64,000 bases of DNA from a bacterium (GCA_020444065.1 JAHLLQ010000003.1:132979-196978), one strand, 5' to 3'. Positions 1 through 9,712 are shown, numbered from the stretch's first letter. Notes: generated by a model not told the origin, from the letters alone. Numbers and translations: made by a program.

Positions 1-3
1 GAC

Positions 4-3000
4 ATGCGGCCTCGAGCGAATCTGATGCAGTGGCACCTGCATGTGAAATGGGGGACGGAGTCGATTGAGGTCGCTCCTGGCGACATCGTCTCTCAGCCGG
101 AGTTTGTTCAGGGCGTCGAGCCGCTGTGGAACGGAAAGATCGTCTCTCGATTGCACGGACGGGGCACGATGCGATTGATGGAGGATTGTGTAGCCGCAGT
201 GCGATTGCTGCGGTTGGCCGAATCGGAGTTCTGGGACAATCCAGAGGTTTCGTTGTTCTGCGGCGACGATTTGGTTCCAGTGTTTTGCGCGTGCCTGAAG
301 GGGATGGAACGCGAACCAGGAGCTGTGACGCTTCGTGCCGAGTTGGATTGGCCGTGGAATGCGAGGAAACTCATCTGCCGAAACCTTGCGGAACTGAACA
401 TCGGAAGCGCACTGGGTATTCGCAAGGACACGTGGTTGCCGCAAGTCTTCGGTGAGAACGACGGTGTTCCGGCGGCGGCGCTGCATGTCGTTTCCAGTGC
501 AAGGTTGCGCGAGGCGATCGATGCGGCGAGCACGATTGTTCTTCTTCGAACCCAAATCGACTGGCCCACGCGCGGGCGCGTGCAGATCGAGGACGAAGTG
601 CTTGAGTACCAGGCGCTGCAGGAAGATCCGCCGACGTTGGTAAATCTGCAGCGTGGCGAGGTGTGTGCTCATCCGAAGGGGGCGAAGGTTGTTATGTTGC
701 CGGCTAATGGAGAGGCAGTCCGTTGGGTCGCGGCCGATCACGAGTCGGAAATTCTGGCTGTACGCGCCGGATCGCCAGATGGTGAAGAGGTGTTTGGGCT
801 CGAAGCCGCGAACGTTGAACTGGAGGGGCGCACGGCGTGTGTGTTGAGCGCGGATCGGTTTCCGGTTCTGCGCGAGCACGCAGCGTGGTCGATTCCATTT
901 GCGCCGGAACCGGATGCGACGTGCTGGGAGTTGCAGCCCGAGACGATGGCGATGTGGCCGACGTACTTGTTCCTCGAAACGGGCATGGCGCAGGGCGCGC
1001 GGCTGTCGACGGCCTACCCGCAAATCGTTGCGCAATGGCAGGAGGATTTCTCTCGTCGCGCGAATCGACACGACAAGTTGGATGCCCTTCGGCTGACGAT
1101 GGAGATTGTAGCGGCGGCCGGATGGGGCGCCGACATGTATGTAGAGCTGACCGTGGAGAATTCGCGCGGCGCGATCGTGCGTCGCATCGGTTTCGCGGAT
1201 TTGCTGAGCAGTATCGGGGCGTTTGAAGGCAGCGGCAAGGTCGAAGAAGTCACGGTGTCCGAGCGTGCGATCGAGTTGGGTTCGCCGGATCGATTCGTGT
1301 TGGATTTCGACGATGTGCAGGCGGCCGATTGGTCGGATTTACCCAGTGCCATCGCAGGTTCATTTTCAACCTGGGCAAGGGGGTCGACCCCGCTAGTCGC
1401 ACGACTTCATCGCCAGGCAGTACCATCGCAACGCGCAATGGAACGCGTGGGACTGTTCGCGAGAGTTCGGGCCGTCGGGTCGGCGTGCAACGTCGAGATC
1501 TTGGCCTCCATTCCGAGCCGATTGAAGTACGTGCACTCGGCTTCTGTCGGAACGGAATGGCAGACGATCGGAGAGTGGTTCGGCGCGAACGGCGCTGTGC
1601 CGGACGAGTTGCTTCGCGAGGATGCGGAGTTTCATCTCTCGTTGCCGGCCGGCGGTGAAGTGGAGGTCGCGGGCTTCTGGATCGAAGCGGAAGTGCCGCC
1701 GCGTGAAACAGCCAGCGCAGACGGGCTTGTGGGCGCACAGGTGAAGGTCTCCGGTTCCGTGCGACAAGCAATGGCTTTCCAGGCCTATTCCGTCGACGTC
1801 TCTGAACTTCTGGATCCAAGCGATCCTTGGAGCTTCCTCGCTGGTGGAGATAATTCGCCGCGTGTGACACTGCGGATCGTGAACGCCGGTTCGTTGTTCT
1901 CCGTCGAGATTCATGCATTGACTTGGCGGGGCTCCGTGTACCCGGCGACGCGTGTTGCGTTGGCGACGAAGCTGTATACTCACCAGCGCGGGCGGATGAC
2001 GGGGCTGGACGGCGCGTGCGCGGCCGGCGACGTGATCGCGCTGCTCCACCGAGATGCGGACTTCGGTGCATTGCCGGAGGCCTCGCTGGATGGCGAAGCA
2101 TTGGCCGCGGCGTCGGCGGATCTGGAGGCGTTGCATCGGCGATTTGGAACGTGGTTCGCGGAGAGGCGGACCATTCGCGATGTGATGTTGGAGGCATTGG
2201 GCGAAGCGGGTTGTTTGCTTGTTCCGCGCGGCGACTGCTGGGCGCTCAGTGTACTCGACCGCGATCCAGAGTTCCATGCACCGGCTGAGTTCACAGAGGA
2301 GAACGTGTTGGAGTTCCCCGGCGCTCTGCAGGTGGAACCGGCGGTGCTGGAAGCGAAGACGCTGTTGCTCCACGATCAGGAAGGCGAGGCCGCATGTCGA
2401 ACGAATCGCTCCAACGGACAGGGATGTGCGAAGTGGCAATTGCGCTGGCTGCGTTCGGGTTTCGATGAATTGGCGCGCCTCGCGTTCGAGCGGCTCGGCG
2501 TGCCGACGTATCGGATTTCGCTGCCGACTGATATGGCGTGGTTGCGGCTTCCGCTCTGGAAGGAGTCGCGGGTGGCGCTTCAGAAATGGGGGACGGAGTC
2601 GCGCGTTGGGCACGTTGCGCAAAGCGGTTTGAAGGACGGCTCTCTCCAGATCGAGCATCGATTGCTGGGGCGTCGCGTCATCTGTTGGTCATGCGATCGG
2701 GCGATGCTCCGGCGCGATGTTTCGCCGACGCGGCTTGTTGTGGCGATTGATGGTCGAGTCGTTGCGCGCTTCACGCCGGAGGACCTTGAGCTTCGCGGCG
2801 AGGTTCTGGAAGGTGGAAACGTCCCGCAGGCGGAGGAGCCCATCGCGTTCCAGGACGAGTGCGTTGTCTTCACCATCAATGGCGAGGCCTTCGCGATCGA
2901 TTCGGACGGAAACTTGATCGTGTCTGGCGGGATTGCGGAATTGCTCGATCTTGCCGACTCAGCGCCGGACGGCGGTTTCAACATTCAGGGTGAGCGTCTG

Positions 3001-3102
3001 ATTCTTGGGACTCCGGAACTGGGTATCGTCGCGGCACTTGATTCTTCCACAAAAACTCTGCAACTGGCCGGATCGATCATCGAGCGGGCGGTTGCGCTAT
3101 GA
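4..3102 (+). CDS. Large hypothetical protein (1032 aa). It may be truncated at the 5' window edge. It carries an internal 'KWGTES' repeat near the N- and C-termini, and its C-terminal region is weakly FHA-like.
   Basis: Long ORF with protein-like composition. Its stop overlaps the start of the next gene (ATGA at 3099-3102). I recognised no family. Confidence 0.5.
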   Translation: MRPRANLMQWHLHVKWGTESIEVAPGDIVSQPEFVQGVEPLWNGKIVSRLHGRGTMRLMEDCVAAVRLLRLAESEFWDNPEVSLFCGDDLVPVFCACLKGMEREPGAVTLRAELDWPWNARKLICRNLAELNIGSALGIRKDTWLPQVFGENDGVPAAALHVVSSARLREAIDAASTIVLLRTQIDWPTRGRVQIEDEVLEYQALQEDPPTLVNLQRGEVCAHPKGAKVVMLPANGEAVRWVAADHESEILAVRAGSPDGEEVFGLEAANVELEGRTACVLSADRFPVLREHAAWSIPFAPEPDATCWELQPETMAMWPTYLFLETGMAQGARLSTAYPQIVAQWQEDFSRRANRHDKLDALRLTMEIVAAAGWGADMYVELTVENSRGAIVRRIGFADLLSSIGAFEGSGKVEEVTVSERAIELGSPDRFVLDFDDVQAADWSDLPSAIAGSFSTWARGSTPLVARLHRQAVPSQRAMERVGLFARVRAVGSACNVEILASIPSRLKYVHSASVGTEWQTIGEWFGANGAVPDELLREDAEFHLSLPAGGEVEVAGFWIEAEVPPRETASADGLVGAQVKVSGSVRQAMAFQAYSVDVSELLDPSDPWSFLAGGDNSPRVTLRIVNAGSLFSVEIHALTWRGSVYPATRVALATKLYTHQRGRMTGLDGACAAGDVIALLHRDADFGALPEASLDGEALAAASADLEALHRRFGTWFAERRTIRDVMLEALGEAGCLLVPRGDCWALSVLDRDPEFHAPAEFTEENVLEFPGALQVEPAVLEAKTLLLHDQEGEAACRTNRSNGQGCAKWQLRWLRSGFDELARLAFERLGVPTYRISLPTDMAWLRLPLWKESRVALQKWGTESRVGHVAQSGLKDGSLQIEHRLLGRRVICWSCDRAMLRRDVSPTRLVVAIDGRVVARFTPEDLELRGEVLEGGNVPQAEEPIAFQDECVVFTINGEAFAIDSDGNLIVSGGIAELLDLADSAPDGGFNIQGERLILGTPELGIVAALDSSTKTLQLAGSIIERAVAL

Positions 3103-4667
3103 CGATGAACAGAAAGGACAATTCAATGCGAACGTTGATGGTTTGCGTGCTCTTGTTGATTGCGACAGGGGCAGGGGCTTTTGAAACACAGCGCGTGGAA
3201 ATGCGGGAAGGAGCGGAGAACGACGGGCGGGTTGCGATCTATCGCGACGGTGGAGAGTTGATGTTCTCCGATAACATCACGAGCGACCCGGTTTCGCTGA
3301 CAGATCTGGTCTCGCGCGCAAACGAGCACGGAGAACTTACGGGCTTGGTCGAAGATGACCATCTGCAGTACCTGAACGATGCTCGGCACGGCGTGGCGCA
3401 TGATGCCGCGTTCAATGATGCCATGCCGGTGCTGGGTGATGTGACTGGCGGCGTGACGATTGGGCAGCACATTGCCAGTGCAGATTATCATCTTGGCCGC
3501 ACGGAAGAAGAGACGATCTCTGCGCCGTGGTACTTCAATGATGTCGTTCATTTCGACGCGGGGACGATTCGGCTTTCGACGCCGAATCCAATCGGCGAAA
3601 AGACTGTGATCTTCGAGGAAATGCCTTTCAGTGCATCGCTGACGTACGATCCGATGGATTTCCGATTTGAGCTCAACCGCGCTTTGTGGACACCGTGGAC
3701 GACGAGTGAGTCGGGGGTGTTTACGGAAGCGGCTGTTTCATCTCTTCTGAGCGGTCGGTTTGATGGAAACCGGTCGGCCGTGCTGGAAGGGTTCGTTTCG
3801 GTCGAAGGAATCGCAGCCGGAGATCTTGTTTCTCGCGAGGTTGCCGAGGATATTCTCGGCGACTGGGAGTTTCTGAGCCCGTTGGGAGTGGCCGCGACAG
3901 ATGACAGCGAGGACTTGCGCGCCGAGGGCGTGGCGATCTCATTTGCCACGGAGACGGATGGAGCTGTGGCGCTGGACAATCGCGAACGCGCTGCGCTTCG
4001 TGCGGATTTGACTGCCACGCTTTCGAGCGATGGCGGCATGGCGAATGCCTTGGCGGCCGGTGTGTATGGGGACGCGTCGATCGATCAAGCGACTGCAGCA
4101 TCGACAAGCGGCCTGGTGTCCGGTGTCTATGGCATCGGACGAAGTGCGAGGAATTCGCTTCTGGCAGCGGGTGTGACGGGTGTGGTGGATGAAAGCGAGA
4201 CCGGAACGCGAAGGATCGGTGTGCTTGGCGCGTTGTCGAAAGACGATGCGACTTCCGTAACGATGATTCCGCCCGGCGATCATGCCGGCGTGTTCCTCGG
4301 CGATGTATTCGTCGGTGGTGCGACAACGATCGTGTCTACGAATGCCTCTGGCGGTTCGATTGCAGCGGGTGACGTGGTTGCGTGGACCGCGGGAGGCGTT
4401 GCGATCGCGCCGGCGTACTCTTCAGCTACCGGAGCCGTCGCAGGAGTTGCCACGAACGATACGGCCGCAGGGGAAACCGTCGTTGTGGCATTCGGCGGTG
4501 TCGCACATGTGAAGGTGAGTTCAAGCACGACGGCCGGCCAGGGATTGGCCTGGAATGGTTCGTATGCAGTTGCTGCGTCGGCGGGTTGTCGAGCTCCTAT
4601 CGGAACGGCAACCGAGAGCGGAAGCGGAACGGTTGCGATGCAGGTCATTCCAGCATTCAATCCGTAG
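3099..4667 (+). CDS. Secreted hypothetical protein with an N-terminal signal peptide. The Gly/Ala/Val-rich C-terminal beta-repeat region weakly resembles DUF2190-type phage proteins.
   Basis: Signal peptide MRTLMVCVLLLIATGAGA. Translationally coupled to the upstream ORF. C-terminal GDVVAWTAGGVAIAPA...GETVVVAFGGVAHVKV pattern. Confidence 0.55.
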   Translation: MTMNRKDNSMRTLMVCVLLLIATGAGAFETQRVEMREGAENDGRVAIYRDGGELMFSDNITSDPVSLTDLVSRANEHGELTGLVEDDHLQYLNDARHGVAHDAAFNDAMPVLGDVTGGVTIGQHIASADYHLGRTEEETISAPWYFNDVVHFDAGTIRLSTPNPIGEKTVIFEEMPFSASLTYDPMDFRFELNRALWTPWTTSESGVFTEAAVSSLLSGRFDGNRSAVLEGFVSVEGIAAGDLVSREVAEDILGDWEFLSPLGVAATDDSEDLRAEGVAISFATETDGAVALDNRERAALRADLTATLSSDGGMANALAAGVYGDASIDQATAASTSGLVSGVYGIGRSARNSLLAAGVTGVVDESETGTRRIGVLGALSKDDATSVTMIPPGDHAGVFLGDVFVGGATTIVSTNASGGSIAAGDVVAWTAGGVAIAPAYSSATGAVAGVATNDTAAGETVVVAFGGVAHVKVSSSTTAGQGLAWNGSYAVAASAGCRAPIGTATESGSGTVAMQVIPAFNP

Positions 4668-4731
4668 AAGCCGGCAATTCCGAAAATGAAAATCCCCCGG
4701 GCGACGGTCGCTCGGGGGATTCTTTGTTGGA

Positions 4732-6315
4732 TCAGAAGCGTGGCGATTGTTTGCGTGCTCCGGCAAACGTCGTTGTGTTGCCGGTGCATCCGGCGGAGCG
4801 GAGCGCGAGCTCGACGGCCCCGGCCAGCGCATCGAGGGCATCGTCGTGTTGCACGCGCGGGAAGTCCTGGAACTCGCGCCAAAATTCCTCGGGCAGCGTT
4901 TCAGCGAGCGCCAGGCGCCCGCTTGAGAGCAGGGGCTCGAGCGTTGCGATGCGGGATTCCTTGCGACGATTCGGCTTCACGATATCGATCGGCAAATCGT
5001 AGCGACGTCCTTCAGCCTGGCGGCGTCGGCGTTCTTCTTCAATCGGCATCGTCAGCAATTCCTGAAAGCCCGTTCCTTCGATGGCGAGTCGCTCGAACGG
5101 TGCTTGTTCGTGTGTCTCGAAGAGGTTTTGAACCTGCCTGCTGGGCGCGGCGCGGCGAACCCAGATGCAAAGGGCCACGAGCATTCCGTCCGGCGCGAGT
5201 CCGACGGCTGCGAGTGCTGCGAAGTCGCCGCGCGTGCGATTCTTGCCGAGCGCGGCGTCATGATAGCCGAAGAGTCGCAGGTCCTTCATCGGGATCGTGC
5301 GAAGCGGATGGTGACTCTGCGGCGGCAGGATCGAGACACCCTTTCTCGTGCGTCGAGCGCGCCAGGCGGACTCGGGCTCGAACAAGGCGTCTTCCGGGCC
5401 GAGCGGTTCGTTCTGCTTTTCCTGGAAGAACGCGCGGCGGCCTTGTGTGACGAGTTGTACTTGCAGTTGCTCGTAATCTTCCTTCGAGTGCCAGAGTACG
5501 TCCGAGTCCCATTCCATGATCACCTGATGCTTGAGGAAGTACTCGCGGGCCTGTTCGCGACGATCGGGTTGCGACGTATCGGTCAGCAGGCGCCGCCATT
5601 CGTCCCATTGGGGGCATGGCTCGGCAAACTTCACGATGGAGCGGAAGTGCATCGATTCGAAATCGGGGCGCTTCATCAAGTGCGCCAGGAGACCTTCGCG
5701 ATGAAGGACCGTACCGATGGCAAGGATATGCGTGTAGCGATCGCCGAGGTGCTCGATGACTTCGTGGAACCAGTCGAGCAGATGCGCGCGACGGCGCTGC
5801 GATTCGGCGGAGGCGCTGGACTCGGCATCGTCGAGGATGATCTTGGTCGGGCGCCAGGAGTTGTGCGAGATTCCGCGCATTTCGGAACCAGCACCGAGCG
5901 CTTCGAGTCGCACTCCATTCGCAACGAGCAGTCGTGCGGAGGATTCGATCCGTTTGCGGCCGAAACGATCCGGAAACCACTTGGTTAGAGGAGTGTGCCC
6001 CGTAAGTTCGTTCCGCACTGCACTGAGGCGCTGTTGCGCCTGGCGCTGGGTGGCGGAAACGAGCAGGATGTAGCTCTCCCGCGCGTAGACGATATCATGC
6101 AGTGTCAGCAGCAGCGAGACGATGGTAGATTTCGCGCATCCTCGTGGGGCGGCCAGTGCAATTCGGCGCCCTTCGCGTTGCGGGAGCGGATCGGGGCAGA
6201 GACCTTCGTGGAGGCGAAGCAACCGGTAGTGGAATTCGGCAAACGGCAGGCGCAGGTGATGGCCGAGAGCCTGTTGCGCGAAGATTTCGAGATCGCGCTC
6301 GCACCGGATCTCCAT
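4732..6315 (-). CDS. Phage terminase large subunit (Terminase_6/PBSX-like ATPase-nuclease).
   Basis: Walker A 'LAAPRGCAKST', Walker B-like 'KIILDDAESS', and a C-terminal nuclease motif 'VQHDDALDALAGAVELA' typical of terminase large subunits. The ORF track extends to 6615, but the low-complexity N-terminus is unlikely to be real. The ATG at 6315 lies 22 nt after the upstream ORF stop; 6411 is an alternative start. Confidence 0.75.
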   Translation of the reverse strand: MEIRCERDLEIFAQQALGHHLRLPFAEFHYRLLRLHEGLCPDPLPQREGRRIALAAPRGCAKSTIVSLLLTLHDIVYARESYILLVSATQRQAQQRLSAVRNELTGHTPLTKWFPDRFGRKRIESSARLLVANGVRLEALGAGSEMRGISHNSWRPTKIILDDAESSASAESQRRRAHLLDWFHEVIEHLGDRYTHILAIGTVLHREGLLAHLMKRPDFESMHFRSIVKFAEPCPQWDEWRRLLTDTSQPDRREQAREYFLKHQVIMEWDSDVLWHSKEDYEQLQVQLVTQGRRAFFQEKQNEPLGPEDALFEPESAWRARRTRKGVSILPPQSHHPLRTIPMKDLRLFGYHDAALGKNRTRGDFAALAAVGLAPDGMLVALCIWVRRAAPSRQVQNLFETHEQAPFERLAIEGTGFQELLTMPIEEERRRRQAEGRRYDLPIDIVKPNRRKESRIATLEPLLSSGRLALAETLPEEFWREFQDFPRVQHDDALDALAGAVELALRSAGCTGNTTTFAGARKQSPRF

Positions 6316-6337
6316 CAACCGACGTTGGACTGCCGGA

Positions 6338-6670
6338 TCACTCCGTTTGACCAGATTCCAGAATTCCCTCCTCGAGGAGCCGTGGATCGATTGCGAATCC
6401 GGAATCTTCATGAGAAGCGCTCTCCATGTCGGCCAGTTTGTGGCGGAGTACCTGGATTTGCAGCATGCGCTGCATGATGGTGAGGACGGCTCCGAGGTCT
6501 GTGAGCTTTGCGGGCTCGGGCAGCTTCGGGGCTGCCTCGGCGAGGCGCTCGGGAGCGGTTTGGACGAGGGTGTCGAGGCTGGCTTCAAAGACGTCGAGCC
6601 AGCGATCGAGTACATTCTCGATACGCATTATGCACGATTCAAGATTGATGGGAACTTCCTGTGAGGACAT
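6338..6670 (-). CDS. Small helical hypothetical protein directly upstream of the terminase. It could be a terminase small subunit or packaging partner.
   Basis: 110-aa ORF with coiled/helical composition on the same strand. It ends 22 nt before the terminase ATG. Confidence 0.35.
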   Translation of the reverse strand: MSSQEVPINLESCIMRIENVLDRWLDVFEASLDTLVQTAPERLAEAAPKLPEPAKLTDLGAVLTIMQRMLQIQVLRHKLADMESASHEDSGFAIDPRLLEEGILESGQTE

Positions 6671-6907
6671 TCGGTTGGAAACCTCCTGGGTGTGGGATGA
6701 ACTAAGCCAGGAGGCATTCTGGCACGGATCAGGAGGTGTTGTTGGACGGACCGCTTCGCATGGCGCATTTGGACAAATCGGCTGATTTTGCTGATTTTGT
6801 CGGTATCGACCAAGTGGATGATTTGACTTGGCAAAGTCCCTGCTATTCGGAGTGGCAGAGTCCGGCCAGGGATGGGCCGGGGAATACTAACGGAGTGGTG
6901 AAGTGTC

Positions 6908-7231
6908 ATGATTACGATCACGGAAACGGCGGCGGCCGAAATCAGGCGCCTATTGGCGACAGAGAAAAAAGAGAGTTGGGGCCTGCGTGTCGGTGTGGCC
7001 GGCGGCGGATGCTCGGGATTGAGTTACACTCTCGCCTTCGATGAAGAGCCGAAGGAAGCAGACAGCGTCTTCGAGATCAGCGACATTCGGGTCTTCGTCG
7101 ATCCAAAGAGCTATCTCTTCTTGAATGGGATTACCCTGGACTATTCGACGGATCTGCTGAACGGCGGGTTCCGGTTTGTGAATCCAAACGCTTCGCGCAC
7201 GTGTTCGTGCGGCAGCTCGTTCTCCATGTGA
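6908..7231 (+). CDS. erpA: Iron-sulfur cluster insertion protein ErpA/IscA (HesB family).
   Basis: 107 aa; 'GGGCSGLSY' and the C-terminal 'CSCGSSF' Cys motifs are characteristic of A-type carriers. Confidence 0.85.
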   Translation: MITITETAAAEIRRLLATEKKESWGLRVGVAGGGCSGLSYTLAFDEEPKEADSVFEISDIRVFVDPKSYLFLNGITLDYSTDLLNGGFRFVNPNASRTCSCGSSFSM

Positions 7232-7262
7232 GTCTGTGATCGTCGGTAGTGATGAGAATTAA

Positions 7263-7303
7263 CGCCTCCTGTGAGACGAGAGTTTCACAGGAGGCTTTTC
7301 TTT
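7263..7303 (+). terminator. Rho-independent terminator after erpA.
   Basis: Hairpin GCCTCCTGTGAG...CTCACAGGAGGC followed by TTTTCTTT. Confidence 0.6.
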
Positions 7304-7440
7304 GGCCTCGTGAAAAAGCGAACAAGCATTCCGGTGGAGGAATTCATCACGCGAAGGCGAGTCGTTCGTGTCGAGACTTTCTCGTTGCAGTTGATCGGTG
7401 TCGGCCGAAAGAACCACGGTCCTGATCCTGGTCCGAGGTC

Positions 7441-8865
7441 TTGTTGCTTGTGAAATCATTCGCTGTCCTTCTCATCTCCCTTCTTCTTCCGATTCTCTGC
7501 ACGGCGGCGCCTCGCGATGGCGAGGTGCGGCAACTGACACAGAGGGGCGCCGCTGCGCGTGGGCACTGGGGCGTATACGCGGTGAACTTGAGCTCCGGCG
7601 CGGAGGTTGCGGATTACCAGTCGCGCAAGCTCTTCCTTCCGGCGTCGAACCGTAAGCTGGTCACGGCGGCAATGGCGGCGAAGTACATGGGTGGCGATGC
7701 GACGGTGCGAACGGTGGCGCATGTGCCGTCGATTTCCGGCGGCATTGTGCAGGGCGACCTGACGATCGAAGCAGTCGGTGATCCGACGTGGAATGGCGAG
7801 TTCCTCGGCGGGCGACTGGGGCGTTCGGTGCTGGCGCGGCTGGCGGATCAGATCGCGGACGCTGGGGTGAAGCGTGTGAAGGGCGACCTGGTGATCGATA
7901 CGTCGCGCTTTGCGGAGCCGGCGCCGATTCCGCCAGGGTGGACCTGGGAGGACTTCCAGACGATCGATGGGGCAATTCCTTCGGTGTTCGGGATCGAGAA
8001 GAACCTGGGTCGCGTGGTGATATCGCCAGGCAGTGTGGGGTCGCCGGTGCGTGTGTCGTTTTCGAGCCCGGTGGAGCCTTTTGAGATTCTGAATCTATCG
8101 ACGACCGGTTCGGCCGGTTCGGCGCCGACGTTGCAGCTCGATCGCGGGCTGGCGGGCAAGACGCTGACGATTACGGGGTCGATCTCTTCGGATTCCGGCG
8201 AGGCGGCGAGGTCGATGCCGCTGGGCGAGCCGGTGGCGCACGCGGCGCGCGTGCTGTTGGAGGAGTTGGCCGACGCGGGCGTGCATGTGGATGGGAACAT
8301 CCGGCTGAGCGAAGCGGGTCGCGAGATGGGCCAGGTGGTGGCGGCGGTGACCTCGGCGACGGTGGGGGACTTGCTCCAGGAGATGAATATTCCGAGCGAC
8401 AATTTCCTGGCCGAGAGCACGTATCTGCTGGCGGGGGCGGAGCTCTACGGGCGCGGGTCGTACAACTCCTCGCACGCGGCGGAGAAGCGTTTTTGGGGCA
8501 GCCTGGATGTAGAGGACTGGGAATGGGTGCCGATGGATGGCAGCGGGCTGTCGCGGAAGAATCTGGTGACGCCGCACGCGCTGGTGGAATTGCTGCGCGA
8601 GATGCACGACGACGAGGCGTTTGTCGATAGCCTGCCGGTTTCGGGTGTGAATGGAACGATGAGGTATCGGCTGACGGACGGCGGATTAGCCCGGCGAGTG
8701 CGCGCGAAGACGGGGACGCTGGATGGCGTGGCGGCGCTGTCCGGCTATGTGACGACGAACAACGGCAGCCAGGTGGCTTTCAGCATCATGGTGAACAACG
8801 CGGACGCGCGAGCGACGACGCTGCGGCGCACGGTGGATGACATCGTGGAAGTGCTGGCGCGGTAG
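7441..8865 (+). CDS. dacB: D-alanyl-D-alanine carboxypeptidase/endopeptidase, PBP4 (peptidase S13).
   Basis: Signal peptide. KTG box 'KTGTLDGVAALSGYV'. Overall S13 architecture (SxN 'PSDNFLAES'). Confidence 0.8.
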   Translation: MLLVKSFAVLLISLLLPILCTAAPRDGEVRQLTQRGAAARGHWGVYAVNLSSGAEVADYQSRKLFLPASNRKLVTAAMAAKYMGGDATVRTVAHVPSISGGIVQGDLTIEAVGDPTWNGEFLGGRLGRSVLARLADQIADAGVKRVKGDLVIDTSRFAEPAPIPPGWTWEDFQTIDGAIPSVFGIEKNLGRVVISPGSVGSPVRVSFSSPVEPFEILNLSTTGSAGSAPTLQLDRGLAGKTLTITGSISSDSGEAARSMPLGEPVAHAARVLLEELADAGVHVDGNIRLSEAGREMGQVVAAVTSATVGDLLQEMNIPSDNFLAESTYLLAGAELYGRGSYNSSHAAEKRFWGSLDVEDWEWVPMDGSGLSRKNLVTPHALVELLREMHDDEAFVDSLPVSGVNGTMRYRLTDGGLARRVRAKTGTLDGVAALSGYVTTNNGSQVAFSIMVNNADARATTLRRTVDDIVEVLAR

Positions 8866-8994
8866 GGGGGCAGGTTTCTTCGCCCCCTCCGGGGACGAGT
8901 TGTCTCTCTCAGTCTATCCCCGGGTTCCCTCCCTGCGGTCGGTCACCCGGGGCGATTCAGCTTGGCCGCCCTTCGGGCGACCGCGGGTTCTGCC

Positions 8995-9303
8995 TTTTGA
9001 GGTGACTTGGCCATCCTTGGTCAAGAGCAGTCCCGGGGTGCTGCCGGGCGCAGTTGGCTTCTCGAACCTACGAAAACAAGGCGAACGTCGCCGGGGCTTG
9101 AGCAAGATGCTCAAGTCACCTCGGAGTGGGTTGTCTTTTGAGGTGACTTGGCCATCCTTGGCCAAGAGCAGTCCCGATTTGATTATCGGGCGCATGTAGC
9201 TTCTCGAACCAATGACACCAAGGCCTGCATCGCTGGGGCTTGAGCAAGGATGCTCAAGTCACCTCGGAGTGGGTTGTTTCTTGAGGTGACTCGGCCACTT
9301 GCC
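8995..9303. repeat. Tandem array of three ~135-bp units. Each unit carries a palindromic MITE/REP-like core (GCTCAAGTCACCTC...GAGGTGACTTGGCCATCCTTGGCCAAG).
   Basis: Direct comparison of 8995-9040, 9094-9175 and 9234-9303. The inverted-repeat arms are visible. The same core recurs at 18964-18990, 19066-19084, 20768-20783 and 58949-59034. Confidence 0.7.
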
Positions 9304-9475
9304 TGTCGAAGCTTCATGCGCAGGCGGGTCTCCGGCCGAGAGCTGGCAAAGCAAAGACAACGAAAAGACACGATTGTGGCAGGGGTTTCTCGGCGGGTTG
9401 CGCCCTCAGGATTCGGGGAGTTTCCGATGGGAGGGGTGTGTCTTGAAGACTGATCGGGTTGTTTCACGGAGGGCG

Positions 9476-9712
9476 ATGGCGGCGGATGCGGCGCCGCGCA
9501 GGGAGCCGGTGGAGTATCTGGACGATCTGGGGCTGGCGGAGTTGCCGACGCTGCTGCAGCCGCGGCAGGTGGCGGAAATACTGGATGTCGCGCCTCAAAC
9601 GATCCATAATCTGGTTCGCGGGGGCGAATTGGCGGTCGTGCGTCTGGGGCCTCAGAGCTACCGAATTTTCCGCCGAAGCCTGGAGGAATTCCTGCGCCGG
9701 AATATGGAATAG
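9476..9712 (+). CDS. Excisionase-family helix-turn-helix DNA-binding protein (Xis/MerR-like).
   Basis: 'LLQPRQVAEILDVAPQTIHNLVRGGELAVVRLGPQSYRIF' matches the excisionase-family HTH signature. A GGAGGG RBS precedes the ATG at 9476. The longer ORF in the track (9299) is unlikely. Confidence 0.65.
   Translation: MAADAAPRREPVEYLDDLGLAELPTLLQPRQVAEILDVAPQTIHNLVRGGELAVVRLGPQSYRIFRRSLEEFLRRNME

Noticed and set aside
1250-2658. Long antisense/alternate-frame ORFs inside big genes (for example 1250-2197 and 1393-2658 within ORF1; 21735-24182 antisense to metH; 25045-25983 and 25921-26427 over the ROK-SIS gene; 19097-20731; 56671-57558; 39967-40971; 41200-42189).
   Set aside because: These are high-GC open-frame artefacts with Arg/Ala/Pro/Gly-dominated, low-complexity translations. 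The opposite-strand genes have clear family motifs.
4732-6615. Full-length 627-aa terminase ORF as given in the ORF track.
   Set aside because: The first ~100 residues are Ser/Pro-rich low complexity and overlap the upstream small ORF in another frame. The ATG at 6315 (or 6411) is more plausible.
8866-8900. Terminator-like GGGGGGCAGGTTTCTTCGCCCCC hairpin after dacB.
   Set aside because: No trailing T-run. It may simply be part of the repeat-rich intergenic region.
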